A stretch of 64,000 nucleotides of DNA from an uncultured Rhodobacteraceae bacterium (GTDB taxonomy: Bacteria > Pseudomonadota > Alphaproteobacteria > Rhodobacterales > Rhodobacteraceae), in NCBI GenBank assembly GCA_951812615.1, contig CATOSU010000007.1, forward strand, positions 41,751-105,750, read 5' to 3'. The translations under genes and the position numbers were made by a program. Of this stretch, positions 26,909 through 36,653 are shown in pieces (position 1 is the stretch's first letter; each line of letters starts with the position of its first letter). Below the pieces are notes generated by a model. That model saw only the letters and a list, made by a program, of their open reading frames with translations. It was not told the origin of the DNA and searched no databases.

Positions 26909-28012
26909 TCAGTCGTTCTGCGGACTGACGGGCTGAGTTTCAGCATCTTGGGTAACCGATGCGGTGGATGCAACCCGCTCGGCGAGTTTTTTGGAAAAGC
27001 CCGATTGCGCCAGCTGGAACGCCAGCTTGACCGCAGCCGACACACCCGTTGCATCAGCGCCGCCATGGGATTTGACGACCGTTCCGTTCAGACCCAGAAA
27101 CACCCCGCCATTGACGCGGCGCGGGTCGATCCGCTTGCGCAGGCGCTGCAGCGACGTGATCGCAAGCACCGATGCAAGGCGCGACAGGGGGGAGTAGCGG
27201 AAGGCTTCCCGCAGCAATTCACCGATCAGGCTGGCTGTGCCCTCACCGGTCTTGATCGCCACGTTGCCGGTGAAACCGTCGGTGACGATCACGTCGGCAA
27301 GATCGCCGGGAATATCGCTGCCCTCGACAAAACCGACAAAGTCGAAATTGGCGGATTTGGCCTGCGACGCGATCATGTCATGCGCGGCCTTCAGCTCGGG
27401 CCGGCCTTTATGCTGCTCGGTCCCGACATTGAGCAGCCCGATCCGCGGGCGTTTCAGGCCCATCCCGTTGCGGGCATAGGACGCACCCATCATCGCGTAT
27501 TGCAGCAGGTCGGGGGCGTCGGCGCGGATATCTGCGCCCACATCCAGCATCACGTTGAAGCCCTGCGGGTTGCGCGACGGCCAGAGCACCGCGATCGCCG
27601 GACGGTCCACGCCCGGCAATTTGCGCAGCCGGATCATGCTGAGCGCCATCAGCGCGCCGGTATTGCCGCAGGACACGGCGACCGTGGCTTCGCCGTTGCG
27701 CACGCTTTCCAGCGCCGACCACATCGACGTGCCTTCGCCATGGCGCATCACATAGCTGGGCTTGTCCTCCATCGACACCACGTTCGGGGCGTCGCGGATT
27801 TCCACGCGCCCCTGAAGGATTTTGCGCCGGGATACCAGCCGTTCCAGCTCGGACCGGGGGCCGTGCAGAATGAACCCGATATCGGGGTTCTTGCGGGCAG
27901 ACTTGTAGATGCCTGCAACCACGGCTGCAGCGCCTGCATCGCCGCCCATCGCATCGACAGAAATAACAGTGCGTTCAGGCTGTTGAGCGTTATGGTCCGG
28001 CTCGGCCGTCAT
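26909..28012 (-). CDS. plsX: phosphate acyltransferase PlsX
   Basis: ISVDAMGGD... and the GFTGNV motif. Lies downstream of rpmF. Confidence 0.95.
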   Translation of the reverse strand: MTAEPDHNAQQPERTVISVDAMGGDAGAAAVVAGIYKSARKNPDIGFILHGPRSELERLVSRRKILQGRVEIRDAPNVVSMEDKPSYVMRHGEGTSMWSALESVRNGEATVAVSCGNTGALMALSMIRLRKLPGVDRPAIAVLWPSRNPQGFNVMLDVGADIRADAPDLLQYAMMGASYARNGMGLKRPRIGLLNVGTEQHKGRPELKAAHDMIASQAKSANFDFVGFVEGSDIPGDLADVIVTDGFTGNVAIKTGEGTASLIGELLREAFRYSPLSRLASVLAITSLQRLRKRIDPRRVNGGVFLGLNGTVVKSHGGADATGVSAAVKLAFQLAQSGFSKKLAERVASTASVTQDAETQPVSPQND

Positions 28013-28033
28013 CTATCGCCCGTGCGCCGCGTC

Positions 28034-28240
28034 TTATGCGGCGTCTTCGTCCAGATCGATGTCGTCGGTCAGGGCAACGATTTCCCGATCGTCGTAATGG
28101 CCGCAGGCGGCGCAGACGTGGTGCGGACGCTTGAGTTCGCCACAGTTCGGGCATTCGTTCGGATTGGCAGCCACCAGAGCGTCATGCGCCCGGCGATTGT
28201 TGCGACGGGATTTGGATACTTTGTTCTGTTGGACAGCCAT
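28034..28240 (-). CDS. rpmF: 50S ribosomal protein L32
   Basis: [19 protein letters not shown] ... [14 protein letters not shown]. Confidence 0.95.
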   Translation of the reverse strand: MAVQQNKVSKSRRNNRRAHDALVAANPNECPNCGELKRPHHVCAACGHYDDREIVALTDDIDLDEDAA

Positions 28241-28440
28241 GTCTCAACCTTCATCCTTCAGGGGCCGTTTTTTGTCCGAGCGGCCCGGAGTTGCAATTCG
28301 TCTTCGGCAGCGCGACAAGCGTGTAGGCCGCTGCCTGCACTTTGTCCAACCCTTTGTCCGATGAGGGCGCGAAAATACTGCGATTTCCGCCCGGCGCAAG
28401 CAGAAATTTCACGCCAGCGCAGAAAGACGGTAAGTGCCTG

Positions 28441-29040
28441 TCAGTCATCGGATTTCAGTTGGTCGCGCAGGTCGGCCAAACCGGCGAAGGGGCGGGCGTC
28501 TTCGTCGCGCATCGGCGTTTTGCCCGGTTCGGTGTAAACCGCTTCGCCCAGATCGGCCCCGTCGGCGTGGGGATATAGCGGCAGATTGAGCGCCAGCGCC
28601 TCGGCCAGAACAGCCGCGAGGTCGATTGTTTCGGGCAGCGGTTCGACGCTGTCATCTTCGGGCATTTCCGCTTCGGTGTCCTCGGGTTCGGTAAAGGAAA
28701 CGGTGTAAAGCCGGGCAATGTCTGCCTCGATCCGGGTGGTCACCGGGTCCAGCGTGACGACACAGGGCTGTACCACGGTCGCACCCAGCCGCGCCGTCAG
28801 CCGCCAGTCGCGCCGGCCTTCGGCGGTCAGTGCGCCGCTGAGGCGCACCTTGCGCAAACCAAGCAGGCCGAGATCGGCGGCCAGCGCGGCGCGCCGGTCA
28901 TCCGGAAGGGTCAGGTCAAACGGGTTCGGCCGGTTCTGGGCCAGTTCGGAAACGCGCAGCGGGCTGAGATTGGACAGGGTCAGGGATTTCGTTCCTTGAA
29001 TCGGGGGTAACTGATCTGCTAATCGGGATAAAAGGCGCAT
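28441..29040 (-). CDS. YceD-family (DUF177) protein
   Basis: ORF 28441..29178, trimmed to the ATG at 29040. It holds the conserved position upstream of rpmF and has an acidic C-terminal half containing EALALNLPLYP. Confidence 0.8.
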   Translation of the reverse strand: MRLLSRLADQLPPIQGTKSLTLSNLSPLRVSELAQNRPNPFDLTLPDDRRAALAADLGLLGLRKVRLSGALTAEGRRDWRLTARLGATVVQPCVVTLDPVTTRIEADIARLYTVSFTEPEDTEAEMPEDDSVEPLPETIDLAAVLAEALALNLPLYPHADGADLGEAVYTEPGKTPMRDEDARPFAGLADLRDQLKSDD

Positions 29041-29063
29041 GGCGCTGATACAAGAGGGCGGGC

Positions 29064-29531
29064 ATGTTCGGGTATCCACGGGGGCGGATTGCCGTTTTGC
29101 GCAGTTTGGCAGCAGCAGCGATTCTGCTGGTCGTGGCGTCCTGTTCGCAGGACACCAGAAAACACGGCTATGTGCCACCGCCCGAGGATCTCGCCCAGAT
29201 CAAGGTCGGGGTCAGCACCCGCGACACCGTGATCGAAACCATCGGCGCGCCATCCTCGTCGGGTATCCTGAACGAAGGCGGGTTTTACTACGTCGCCACG
29301 CATACCCGCAAATATGGTGCACGGGCGCAGCGGATCGTCAGCCGGGACCTTGTTGCCATCAGTTTCGACAGCCGCGGTGTGGTCAGCGGTGTGCAGCGCT
29401 TCAGCCTCGAAGACGGGCGGGCGGTGCCGATTGAACGCCGCGTCACTGATACCGGTGCGGACAATCAGACCTTCCTGCGTCAGCTGGTGGGCAACCTTTC
29501 AAACTTCAACCCGGGCCTCGCGACGCAATAA
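29064..29531 (+). CDS. bamE: outer membrane protein assembly factor BamE (SmpA/OmlA lipoprotein)
   Basis: Lipobox LLVVASC and the HGY.P....L..IKVGVSTRD.V motif. Confidence 0.85.
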   Translation: MFGYPRGRIAVLRSLAAAAILLVVASCSQDTRKHGYVPPPEDLAQIKVGVSTRDTVIETIGAPSSSGILNEGGFYYVATHTRKYGARAQRIVSRDLVAISFDSRGVVSGVQRFSLEDGRAVPIERRVTDTGADNQTFLRQLVGNLSNFNPGLATQ

Positions 29532-29614
29532 CCCGCCACCGGTCACGCCGTTGTCACAACTTGTGTGGTACCGGTCCGGCACTTATGTTGAGGGTAAGAG
29601 CGGTGGAGGGTCCG

Positions 29615-30355
29615 ATGCAGGTGGTGATGCCCCGGATGACCAGAGGGCGCTATTGCGCCCGTATCGCGCAGTGCCCTGCGGATCTCGCAGCGGCGCTGGC
29701 ATTGCGGACGCGGGCCTTTGGCATCGGCGAACTGGATCGCGACCAATTCGACGATCTCTGCGTGCATGTTCTGATCGAGGACGTGAAGACCGGCAAGCTG
29801 GTTTGCTGTTTCCGGATGCTGGTTCTGGAAGGGGGCGCGGACATTCCGCGCACCTATTCGGCCCAGTTCTACGAATTGTCGGCGCTCAAGTCTTACGAGG
29901 GTCGTATGGTCGAGATGGGGCGTTTCTGCGTGGATCCGGACTGGTCCGATGCCGACATCCTGCGCGTGGCCTGGGGCGCGATGACCAGCTTTGTCGATCA
30001 GAACGACATCGGCATGCTGTTCGGCTGTTCCTCCTTCGCCGGGACCGAAACCGGGGAATACCTCGACGCCTTCGCGATGCTGAAACACCGGCATCTGGCG
30101 CCGAAACGCTGGCTGCCCAAGGTCAAGGCCCCGAACGTGTTCCGCTTTGCCCAGCGCCTGCGGCGCAAGCCGGACGTCCGCAAGGCGATGCTGCGGATGC
30201 CGCCATTGCTGAAAACCTACCTGATGATGGGCGGCTGGGTCAGCGACCATGCCGTCGTCGACAAGCATATGAACACGCTGCACGTGTTCACCGGCGTGGA
30301 AATCGGCGTGATCCCGCCCGCGCGCAAACGGCTGCTGCGCTCGGTGGCCGGCTGA
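29615..30355 (+). CDS. GNAT-fold N-acyltransferase of the OlsB/GlsB (aminolipid N-acyltransferase, Acetyltransf_5) type
   Basis: ORF 29561..30355, trimmed to the ATG at 29615 with a GGAGGG Shine-Dalgarno sequence upstream. Motifs: RGRYCARIAQ..ADL.AA.ALR...F, EMGRFCV and LLKTYL..GGWV. Confidence 0.75.
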   Translation: MQVVMPRMTRGRYCARIAQCPADLAAALALRTRAFGIGELDRDQFDDLCVHVLIEDVKTGKLVCCFRMLVLEGGADIPRTYSAQFYELSALKSYEGRMVEMGRFCVDPDWSDADILRVAWGAMTSFVDQNDIGMLFGCSSFAGTETGEYLDAFAMLKHRHLAPKRWLPKVKAPNVFRFAQRLRRKPDVRKAMLRMPPLLKTYLMMGGWVSDHAVVDKHMNTLHVFTGVEIGVIPPARKRLLRSVAG

Positions 30356-30436
30356 AGCGATCCACCGCCGGCTTGCCCATGGGCGGTACCGCCGGTTACC
30401 GTGACGGACCAAAGCAACCGGAATGCGAGGCCGCCG

Positions 30437-31486
30437 ATGTCTTCAAAAAATGTGTTCAGCGGGCCCGATGCGGTCCGGGACTTTCTGGACCCCGGCAAGC
30501 TGCCCTATTCGCCGCTGGTCGAACTGCCCGCCGCGCTGAACCCGCTGGCCGGGGACGGCGTTCGAATCCTGCTCAAGATGATGAACCTGCACCCGCTGGG
30601 CAACGTGAAGGCCGCGCCGGCGTTCAACATGATTGCCGAACGGGCCGCCCGCGGGGATCTGGACGGGGTGCACCGCCTGATCGAAAACTCCTCGGGCAAT
30701 ACCGTGTCATCGCTGGCGCTGGTCGCGCGGCAGTTCGGCGTGCCGGAAACCAGTTCATACGTGCCGGCCGAAATATCCTGGAACAAGCTGCTGATGCTGT
30801 TGTTTTACGGGATCGAACCGATCGTGAACGAAGAACCGGCCAACCCGACCGAAGGCGATCCGCGCAGCGGCATCAACAAGGCGCGTGCCGATGCTGCGGC
30901 CGCTGACACGTGGAACCCCGGGCAATATGACAACCCCGACAATCCCGATGCGCACGAGAAATGGACCGGCCCGCAGATCTGGGACCAGTCCGACGGCCGG
31001 CTGAGCCTGTTCTGTTCCAGCCTTGGAACCACCGGGACGCTGATCGGGACATCGCGCTATCTGAAATCACAACGCGCTGACCTGCCGGTTCTGGGCGTCA
31101 TGCGTGCGCCGGATAATTACGTGCCCGGTCCGCGGACGGAAAAGCTGTTGAACCTGGTGGGGTTCGACTGGCGGGCGCATCTGGATCACATTGCCACCGC
31201 CGAAACCGGAGAAAGCTACCGCCTGAGCATGGAGATGAGCCGGCTGGGCCTGCTGGTCGGGCCCAGCTCGGGGCTGGCGCTGGCCGGATTGCTGCAGCAT
31301 TTGCGCAAGACACAGGAGGCAGGCGGGCTGGACGCCCTGCGAAACAGCGATGGCGAGGTGTTGTGCGTCTCGATCTGCTGCGACGGGCCGTTGCCGTATC
31401 TGGACGAGTATGCCCGATATGTTGACAAGGCTCATTTCCCGGAGATCCGCAACGAGGCGCTGTTGCGCAACAAGCCGACACAATAG
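30437..31486 (+). CDS. PLP-dependent enzyme, cysteine synthase/CBS (PALP) family, divergent
   Basis: ORF 30401..31486. The ATG at 30437 has a GAGG Shine-Dalgarno sequence. A candidate PLP lysine sits in LGNVKAAPAF (atypical, not the usual KDR), and there is a GTTGT loop (SLGTTGTLIG). Confidence 0.75.
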   Translation: MSSKNVFSGPDAVRDFLDPGKLPYSPLVELPAALNPLAGDGVRILLKMMNLHPLGNVKAAPAFNMIAERAARGDLDGVHRLIENSSGNTVSSLALVARQFGVPETSSYVPAEISWNKLLMLLFYGIEPIVNEEPANPTEGDPRSGINKARADAAAADTWNPGQYDNPDNPDAHEKWTGPQIWDQSDGRLSLFCSSLGTTGTLIGTSRYLKSQRADLPVLGVMRAPDNYVPGPRTEKLLNLVGFDWRAHLDHIATAETGESYRLSMEMSRLGLLVGPSSGLALAGLLQHLRKTQEAGGLDALRNSDGEVLCVSICCDGPLPYLDEYARYVDKAHFPEIRNEALLRNKPTQ

Positions 31487-31565
31487 GCCCTGCATTGTTC
31501 TTGGGGATCTGCAGGGGTAGGCTGAACCGACGGCCCGGGAACCGGACCGCCAAGGAGTGTTTCGC

Positions 31566-32462
31566 GTGCAAAGTTACAGCCCCGAGTCCTTTGCAAGGAG
31601 TCGCCCGACCTATTCGCTCCCCGGTTTCGATGGGGAGACGCTGACGCAGGATGCATTGGATTTTTTCTTCATCTTTTGCCCCAACAACTCGGGCAAAATC
31701 GTCATGTCGCAATACCTGGCCGCCCAGATCGGCGGGTACCTGCCCCCGTTTGGCAATAACGAGGGCCAGTCGGTTCCCGGCGTGCGCGAGATCATGCGCG
31801 TCAATCCGTGGGATGAAACGCAATTGTACGACTGGCCCGCGATCCGCCAACACTGGCAGCGCCTGGCAAAGGGGCGCGTGTTTGTCGAAGCGTCGCCGCC
31901 GAACCTGTTGCGCGCGGAGGCGATTCGATCCGTGTTCGGGGCTGACAGCAGCGCGCTGTTGTCCGTTTGTGATCCGGTGCAGCATGTTTCGTCCTGCGTC
32001 AGCCGGTATGGCGGCGGCCCGGCCGTTTTTCGCAATGTCACCCGAAAGTGGCTGTGGAAGGCGGGTAAAATTCTCGACATCCAATCGCGTCACCCCCAGT
32101 TTCCGCTGATCCGCTACGAGGATTTCGTGCGAAACCCGCAGGTTTTGAATGACAGGCTCGGATTGGCGCTGCGGGACTATGACGTCGCCGGCAAGGACGG
32201 GTCGGGCCTGACCGGGATCCAGTCCGGTTATGCCCGCGCGGTTGCCTTCCTGCGTCCCGAAGAGATCGAGACGATTGCCGCAGTTCTGCGGGACGGCGCA
32301 GAGGTTGTTCAGGCTCTGGGCTACGGCTTCCCCCATGGCGGAATACTGGAGCAGATTGCAGAGCGCGAACCGGGTGAGTTCGACATCGGTCAGGCCCGGC
32401 GCGCCGCATGGGAGGCGCGTCGCTCCTCCGCCGGCGACAGGAAGAAGAAACATCTGCGCTAG
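31566..32462 (+). CDS. sulfotransferase-like protein
   Basis: ORF 31557..32462. The GTG at 31566 is preferred (AAGGAG 8 nt upstream). It has a P-loop-like 5'-PSB motif FIFCPNNSGK and a basic tail. GC looks visibly lower than in neighbouring genes. Confidence 0.6.
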   Translation: MQSYSPESFARSRPTYSLPGFDGETLTQDALDFFFIFCPNNSGKIVMSQYLAAQIGGYLPPFGNNEGQSVPGVREIMRVNPWDETQLYDWPAIRQHWQRLAKGRVFVEASPPNLLRAEAIRSVFGADSSALLSVCDPVQHVSSCVSRYGGGPAVFRNVTRKWLWKAGKILDIQSRHPQFPLIRYEDFVRNPQVLNDRLGLALRDYDVAGKDGSGLTGIQSGYARAVAFLRPEEIETIAAVLRDGAEVVQALGYGFPHGGILEQIAEREPGEFDIGQARRAAWEARRSSAGDRKKKHLR

Positions 32463-32528
32463 CGTGATCCGGCAGACAGGCGCGTGGTTGCCATTGACGG
32501 TCTGGCCGCGTCCGGCTAGCTGCCGGGC

Positions 32529-34334
32529 ATGGCGCGCGCACCCCTCCTGCAACTGAACGGCATCTCGCTCACCTTCGGGGGCGAACCGGTTTTCGACGGT
32601 CTCGATCTTGTGATTCAGCCCGGCGACCGGGTGGCGCTGGTCGGGCGCAACGGGTCCGGCAAATCCACGCTGATGAAGGTGATGGCCGGGCTGGTGGAGC
32701 CGGACCGGGGCGATGTGATCGTCCCGCCGGGCCAGAGCGTAGGCTACATGGAACAGGACCCGGACTTGTCCGGGTTTGCCACCCTGGGCGACTGGGCCAG
32801 CTCAGCGCTTGCACAGGGCGAGCTCTACCGGGTCGAGCGGGCCGGCGAGGGGTTGAAATTCGACCCCGAGAAACCGGTCAGCGCGGCCTCGGGCGGGGAA
32901 CGCCGACGGGCGGCGCTGGCACGTCTGATGGCCGAGGCGCCCGGTCTGATGCTGCTGGACGAGCCGACCAACCATCTGGATATCGAGGCCATCGCCTGGC
33001 TGGAGCGGGAATTGTCGGCCACGCGCACCGGTTTCGTCGTGATCAGCCACGACCGGGCTTTCCTGCGGGCCCTGACACGGGCGACACTATGGATCGATCG
33101 CGGCATCGTGCGGCGGCAGGAAAAGGGGTTCGAGGCGTTCGAGACCTGGCGCGACACGGTCTGGGCCGAGGAAGATCTCGCCCGGCACAAGCTGGATCGC
33201 AAGATCCGGGAAGAGGCGCGATGGGCGGTCGAAGGCATCAGCGCCCGGCGGACCCGAAATCAGGGGCGGCTGCGCGCGCTCGGGGCGTTACGCGCCGAAC
33301 GCGCGGCACAGATCCGGCGACAGGGCACGGCGGACATGGCGCTGGCCACGGGGCCGAAATCCGGGCGCAAGGTGATCGAGGCCCGCGGGCTGACCAAGCG
33401 GTTTGCCGACGAGACGATCGTGCAGGATTTCTCCATGACTGTGCTGCGCGGGGACCGGGTGGCGGTGGTCGGTCCGAACGGGGTCGGCAAGACCACGCTG
33501 CTGAACCTGCTGCTGGGCCGGGTGCAACCCGATGCCGGCACTGTGACGCAGGGCACCAATCTGGAGGTGGCCTGTTTCGATCAGGCCCGCGCCGCTCTGA
33601 ACCCCGACCAAACGCTGTGGGATGCGTTGACCAACGCGCCGGGTATGCGGGTTTCGGGGCGGTCGGATCAGGTGATGGTGCGCGGCACGCCGCGGCATGT
33701 GGTCGGCTATCTCAAGGATTTCCTGTTCGACGAGCGGCAGGCGCGGGCGCCGGTGCGGTCCTTGTCGGGCGGGGAAAAGGCGCGGCTGCTGCTGGCGCGT
33801 CTGATGGCGCAAAGCTGCAACCTGCTGGTGCTGGACGAACCCACCAACGATCTGGATGTCGAAACGCTGGACCTGTTGCAGGAACTGCTGGACGATTTCG
33901 ACGGCACCGTGCTGCTGGTCAGCCATGACCGCGACTTTCTGGACCGGGTTGCCACCGCCACGGTGGCGATGGAAGGCGACGGGCGGGCCACCGTATATGC
34001 CGGTGGCTGGTCCGATTACCAGTCTCAGCGTACGGATTATCGGGTAGAAAAGCCTGATAAAACAGCACCCAAAAAGGACAAGTTAAAGAAAGAGACCAGC
34101 CCGCGAAAGGGTCTGAGCTTTACCGAAAAACACCGTCTGGAGGCCCTGCCGGCAGAAATGGAACGGCTGGAGGCCGAGATTGCCAAGCTCGAGGAACTGC
34201 TGGCCGATCCGACGCTTTTCACGCGCGAGCCGGTTAAATTTGCCAAGGCCAGCGAAGCGCTGGTCGAACGTCAGCAAAAGCTTGACGCCGCCGAGGACGA
34301 ATGGCTTTTGCTGGAGGAAAAGGCCGAGGGCTGA
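32529..34334 (+). CDS. ABC-F family ATPase (Uup-like)
   Basis: Two ABC cassettes (GRNGSGKST, GPNGVGKTT; LSGGERRR, LSGGEKAR) and a C-terminal coiled-coil. There is no membrane domain. Confidence 0.9.
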   Translation: MARAPLLQLNGISLTFGGEPVFDGLDLVIQPGDRVALVGRNGSGKSTLMKVMAGLVEPDRGDVIVPPGQSVGYMEQDPDLSGFATLGDWASSALAQGELYRVERAGEGLKFDPEKPVSAASGGERRRAALARLMAEAPGLMLLDEPTNHLDIEAIAWLERELSATRTGFVVISHDRAFLRALTRATLWIDRGIVRRQEKGFEAFETWRDTVWAEEDLARHKLDRKIREEARWAVEGISARRTRNQGRLRALGALRAERAAQIRRQGTADMALATGPKSGRKVIEARGLTKRFADETIVQDFSMTVLRGDRVAVVGPNGVGKTTLLNLLLGRVQPDAGTVTQGTNLEVACFDQARAALNPDQTLWDALTNAPGMRVSGRSDQVMVRGTPRHVVGYLKDFLFDERQARAPVRSLSGGEKARLLLARLMAQSCNLLVLDEPTNDLDVETLDLLQELLDDFDGTVLLVSHDRDFLDRVATATVAMEGDGRATVYAGGWSDYQSQRTDYRVEKPDKTAPKKDKLKKETSPRKGLSFTEKHRLEALPAEMERLEAEIAKLEELLADPTLFTREPVKFAKASEALVERQQKLDAAEDEWLLLEEKAEG

Positions 34335-34378
34335 CCCCCGGCGCAGGGGACGCGGTTGCCGTGTCGCCCGGAACGCCA

Positions 34379-35236
34379 TCAATCGCGTGGTGGATCCCGC
34401 CCCGGCCGGCGCGCCCACAGGCGGGACAGCGGCCGCCACCAGAGCCACGTACCGCCCAGATCGTGCACCACGGCGCCGGACCCCAGCTTGAACCGGTTGT
34501 GTCCGGGGGTCCGGCCGCACAGCAGGCCGAGGTCGATCTGGGCCACACCGTCCTGCGGCAGCCGCTGCATCGCGGTCCACAGCAGCAGGTTATGGGCTGA
34601 CAGCGCGCGGCCCCGCGCGGTGGTGATCCCGATGTGATAACTGGCGCCTGTGCCGTGCAGCAGGAACAGCTGTGCCGCCACCGGTTCACCCTGTTCAACA
34701 GCTTCGATCAGCAGCGTCCGGTCCGGCGCCACCGCCGCCCAGGCGCAGCTCAGCGCCTTTGGCCAGCCGCGATAGCCGCGGGCGCGCGCCTGTTCTTCCT
34801 CGGCCCGCAACAACCAGTGGTCCGGATCGGGCGGCATGGGCCGGACGGACACCCGCAGCGTCTGCCGTTCGCCGTGGCGCAGCCGGTTGCGCCATTTGCC
34901 CTGCATTGCCCGGCGCATCGCGTCCCGGTCCGGTGACAGCGCCAGATGGGCGGTGCGGCGCGCGCGGGCCAGCGGCAGCGCACCGGCTGCGGCCAGCCCG
35001 GGGCAGGGCGCGTCGGGCGACAGAAACACCGGGTGCGGCGGCAACGCGCCCGTCAGCGCCGCCGGATCAGCGCAGGCAAAGCGGGGGATCATGGTGACCG
35101 GCAGACCGGCGATGCGCCGGTGCAGCGTCAGATACCCGCCCAGATCTGACACGGTCGCGCCATAGACCCGCAGCGCATCGGCAAAGGTGGCGCTTTGCTG
35201 CAATGGAATTGCGTGCAGCGGCGACAGATCGAACAT
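34379..35236 (-). CDS. GNAT-fold acyltransferase (FemAB/Acetyltransf_6-like)
   Basis: [18 protein letters not shown]...LFLLHG..ASYHIG. is a pattern typical of FemAB-like / lipid II:glycine transferase-like GNATs. Confidence 0.65.
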   Translation of the reverse strand: MFDLSPLHAIPLQQSATFADALRVYGATVSDLGGYLTLHRRIAGLPVTMIPRFACADPAALTGALPPHPVFLSPDAPCPGLAAAGALPLARARRTAHLALSPDRDAMRRAMQGKWRNRLRHGERQTLRVSVRPMPPDPDHWLLRAEEEQARARGYRGWPKALSCAWAAVAPDRTLLIEAVEQGEPVAAQLFLLHGTGASYHIGITTARGRALSAHNLLLWTAMQRLPQDGVAQIDLGLLCGRTPGHNRFKLGSGAVVHDLGGTWLWWRPLSRLWARRPGRDPPRD

Positions 35237-35288
35237 CGCCCGAGCCTATCGCCGCCTGTCTAACGGGTGGTTAACACCTCAGCCGGGC

Positions 35289-35337
35289 GCCGTTTTCTTG
35301 CAAAGAAAACGGCCCGGAATTTTTGAAAAATTCCGGG
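35289..35337 (-). terminator. tandem hairpin terminator downstream of tyrS
   Basis: Two abutting perfect hairpins, GCCGTTTTCTT-GCA-AAGAAAACGGC and CCCGGAATTTTT-G-AAAAATTCCGGG. On the minus strand a T-rich tract follows the first stem. Confidence 0.65.
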
Positions 35338-35342
35338 CTGCG

Positions 35343-36590
35343 TCAGCCGTCGAGTTGCACCAGCGCGTGACGTTTCTTGCCCGCCGACAGCTTGACCGGC
35401 GACGCCAGCGCGCTGCTGTCCAGCATCAGGCCTGCGTCAGTCAGCGGCGCATCGTCCAGCCTTGCACCGTTTTCCGCGATCAGGCGCTTGGCCTCCTTGC
35501 CGGATTTCGCCAGCCCCGAGCGGACGATCAGCTGCACCACCGAAACCGGAAGATCACCGGGGTCCAGCGTCAGCGTCGGCAGGTCGTCGCCCACACCGCC
35601 CTTTTCGAACACTTCCCGCGCCGTCGCCTCGGCCGCCGCCGCCGCGTCTGCCCCGTGGCACAGCGTCGTGACTTCGTTGGCGAGGATGATCTTGGCGGCA
35701 TTGACCTCGGAACCTTCCAGTACGCCCAGACGTTCGCATTCCGCGACCGGCAGTTCGGTGTAAAGCTTCAGGAACCGGCCCACATCCGCATCCGTCGTGT
35801 TGCGCCAGAACTGCCAGAACTCGTAGGGGCTGCGCATGTCGGCATTGAGCCAGACCGCGCCATCCGCGCTCTTGCCCATTTTCTTGCCGTCCGACGTGGT
35901 CAGCAGCGGCGTGGTCATCCCGTAGATCTCGTGGTCCAGAACGCGCCGCGTCAGGTCGATGCCGTTCACGATGTTGCCCCACTGGTCCGACCCGCCGAAC
36001 TGAACCAGACAGCCATAACGCCGGTTCAGTTCGAGGAAATCATAGGCCTGCAGGATCATGTAGTTGAATTCCAGAAACGACAGCGACTGTTCGCGATCCA
36101 GCCGGGACTTGACCGATTCAAAGCTCAGCATCCGGTTCACGCTGAAATGCCGCCCGATATCGCGCAGGAAATCGAGGTAGTTCAGATCGTCCAGCCACTC
36201 GGCATTGTTGATCATCAGCGCGCCGCCGGGACCGTCGCCGTAATCGAGGTACTTGGCAAAGACCTGCTGGATCCCGCTGATGTTTTCATCGATCGCTTCG
36301 GGTGTCAGCAGCGGGCGCTCATCCGCCCGGAAGGACGGATCGCCCACCTTGGTGGTGCCGCCGCCCATCAGCGTGATCGGCTTGCCTCCGGTTTTCTGCA
36401 GCCACCTGAGTGTCATGATCTGGATCAGGCTGCCCACATGCAGCGATTTCGCCGTGGCGTCAAAGCCGATATAACCCGGCACAACCCCCGCAATCAGCGC
36501 GTCGTCGAGCCCCTGATAATCGGTGCAGTCGGCGAGGAACCCGCGCTCCATCATCACGGCGATGAAATCGGATTTGGGGTGGTAGGTCAT
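35343..36590 (-). CDS. tyrS: tyrosine--tRNA ligase
   Basis: The true gene lies inside the 943-aa ORF, with its ATG at 36590 ([17 protein letters not shown]). HIGH-type motif (SLHVGS), KMSKS (KMGKS) and a C-terminal S4 domain. Confidence 0.95.
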   Translation of the reverse strand: MTYHPKSDFIAVMMERGFLADCTDYQGLDDALIAGVVPGYIGFDATAKSLHVGSLIQIMTLRWLQKTGGKPITLMGGGTTKVGDPSFRADERPLLTPEAIDENISGIQQVFAKYLDYGDGPGGALMINNAEWLDDLNYLDFLRDIGRHFSVNRMLSFESVKSRLDREQSLSFLEFNYMILQAYDFLELNRRYGCLVQFGGSDQWGNIVNGIDLTRRVLDHEIYGMTTPLLTTSDGKKMGKSADGAVWLNADMRSPYEFWQFWRNTTDADVGRFLKLYTELPVAECERLGVLEGSEVNAAKIILANEVTTLCHGADAAAAAEATAREVFEKGGVGDDLPTLTLDPGDLPVSVVQLIVRSGLAKSGKEAKRLIAENGARLDDAPLTDAGLMLDSSALASPVKLSAGKKRHALVQLDG

Positions 36591-36653
36591 GGCTTGCCTC
36601 GGGTTAAGATTGCGGGGCACTCTATAGGCGGCAGTCAGGCAAAGGAAAAGGCC

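Noticed and set aside
29314-30906. A 530-aa plus-strand ORF spanning bamE, the acyltransferase and the PLP enzyme.
   Set aside because: It is an out-of-frame overlap of three genes that each have recognisable family signatures. Its product is Arg/Gly/Ala-rich.
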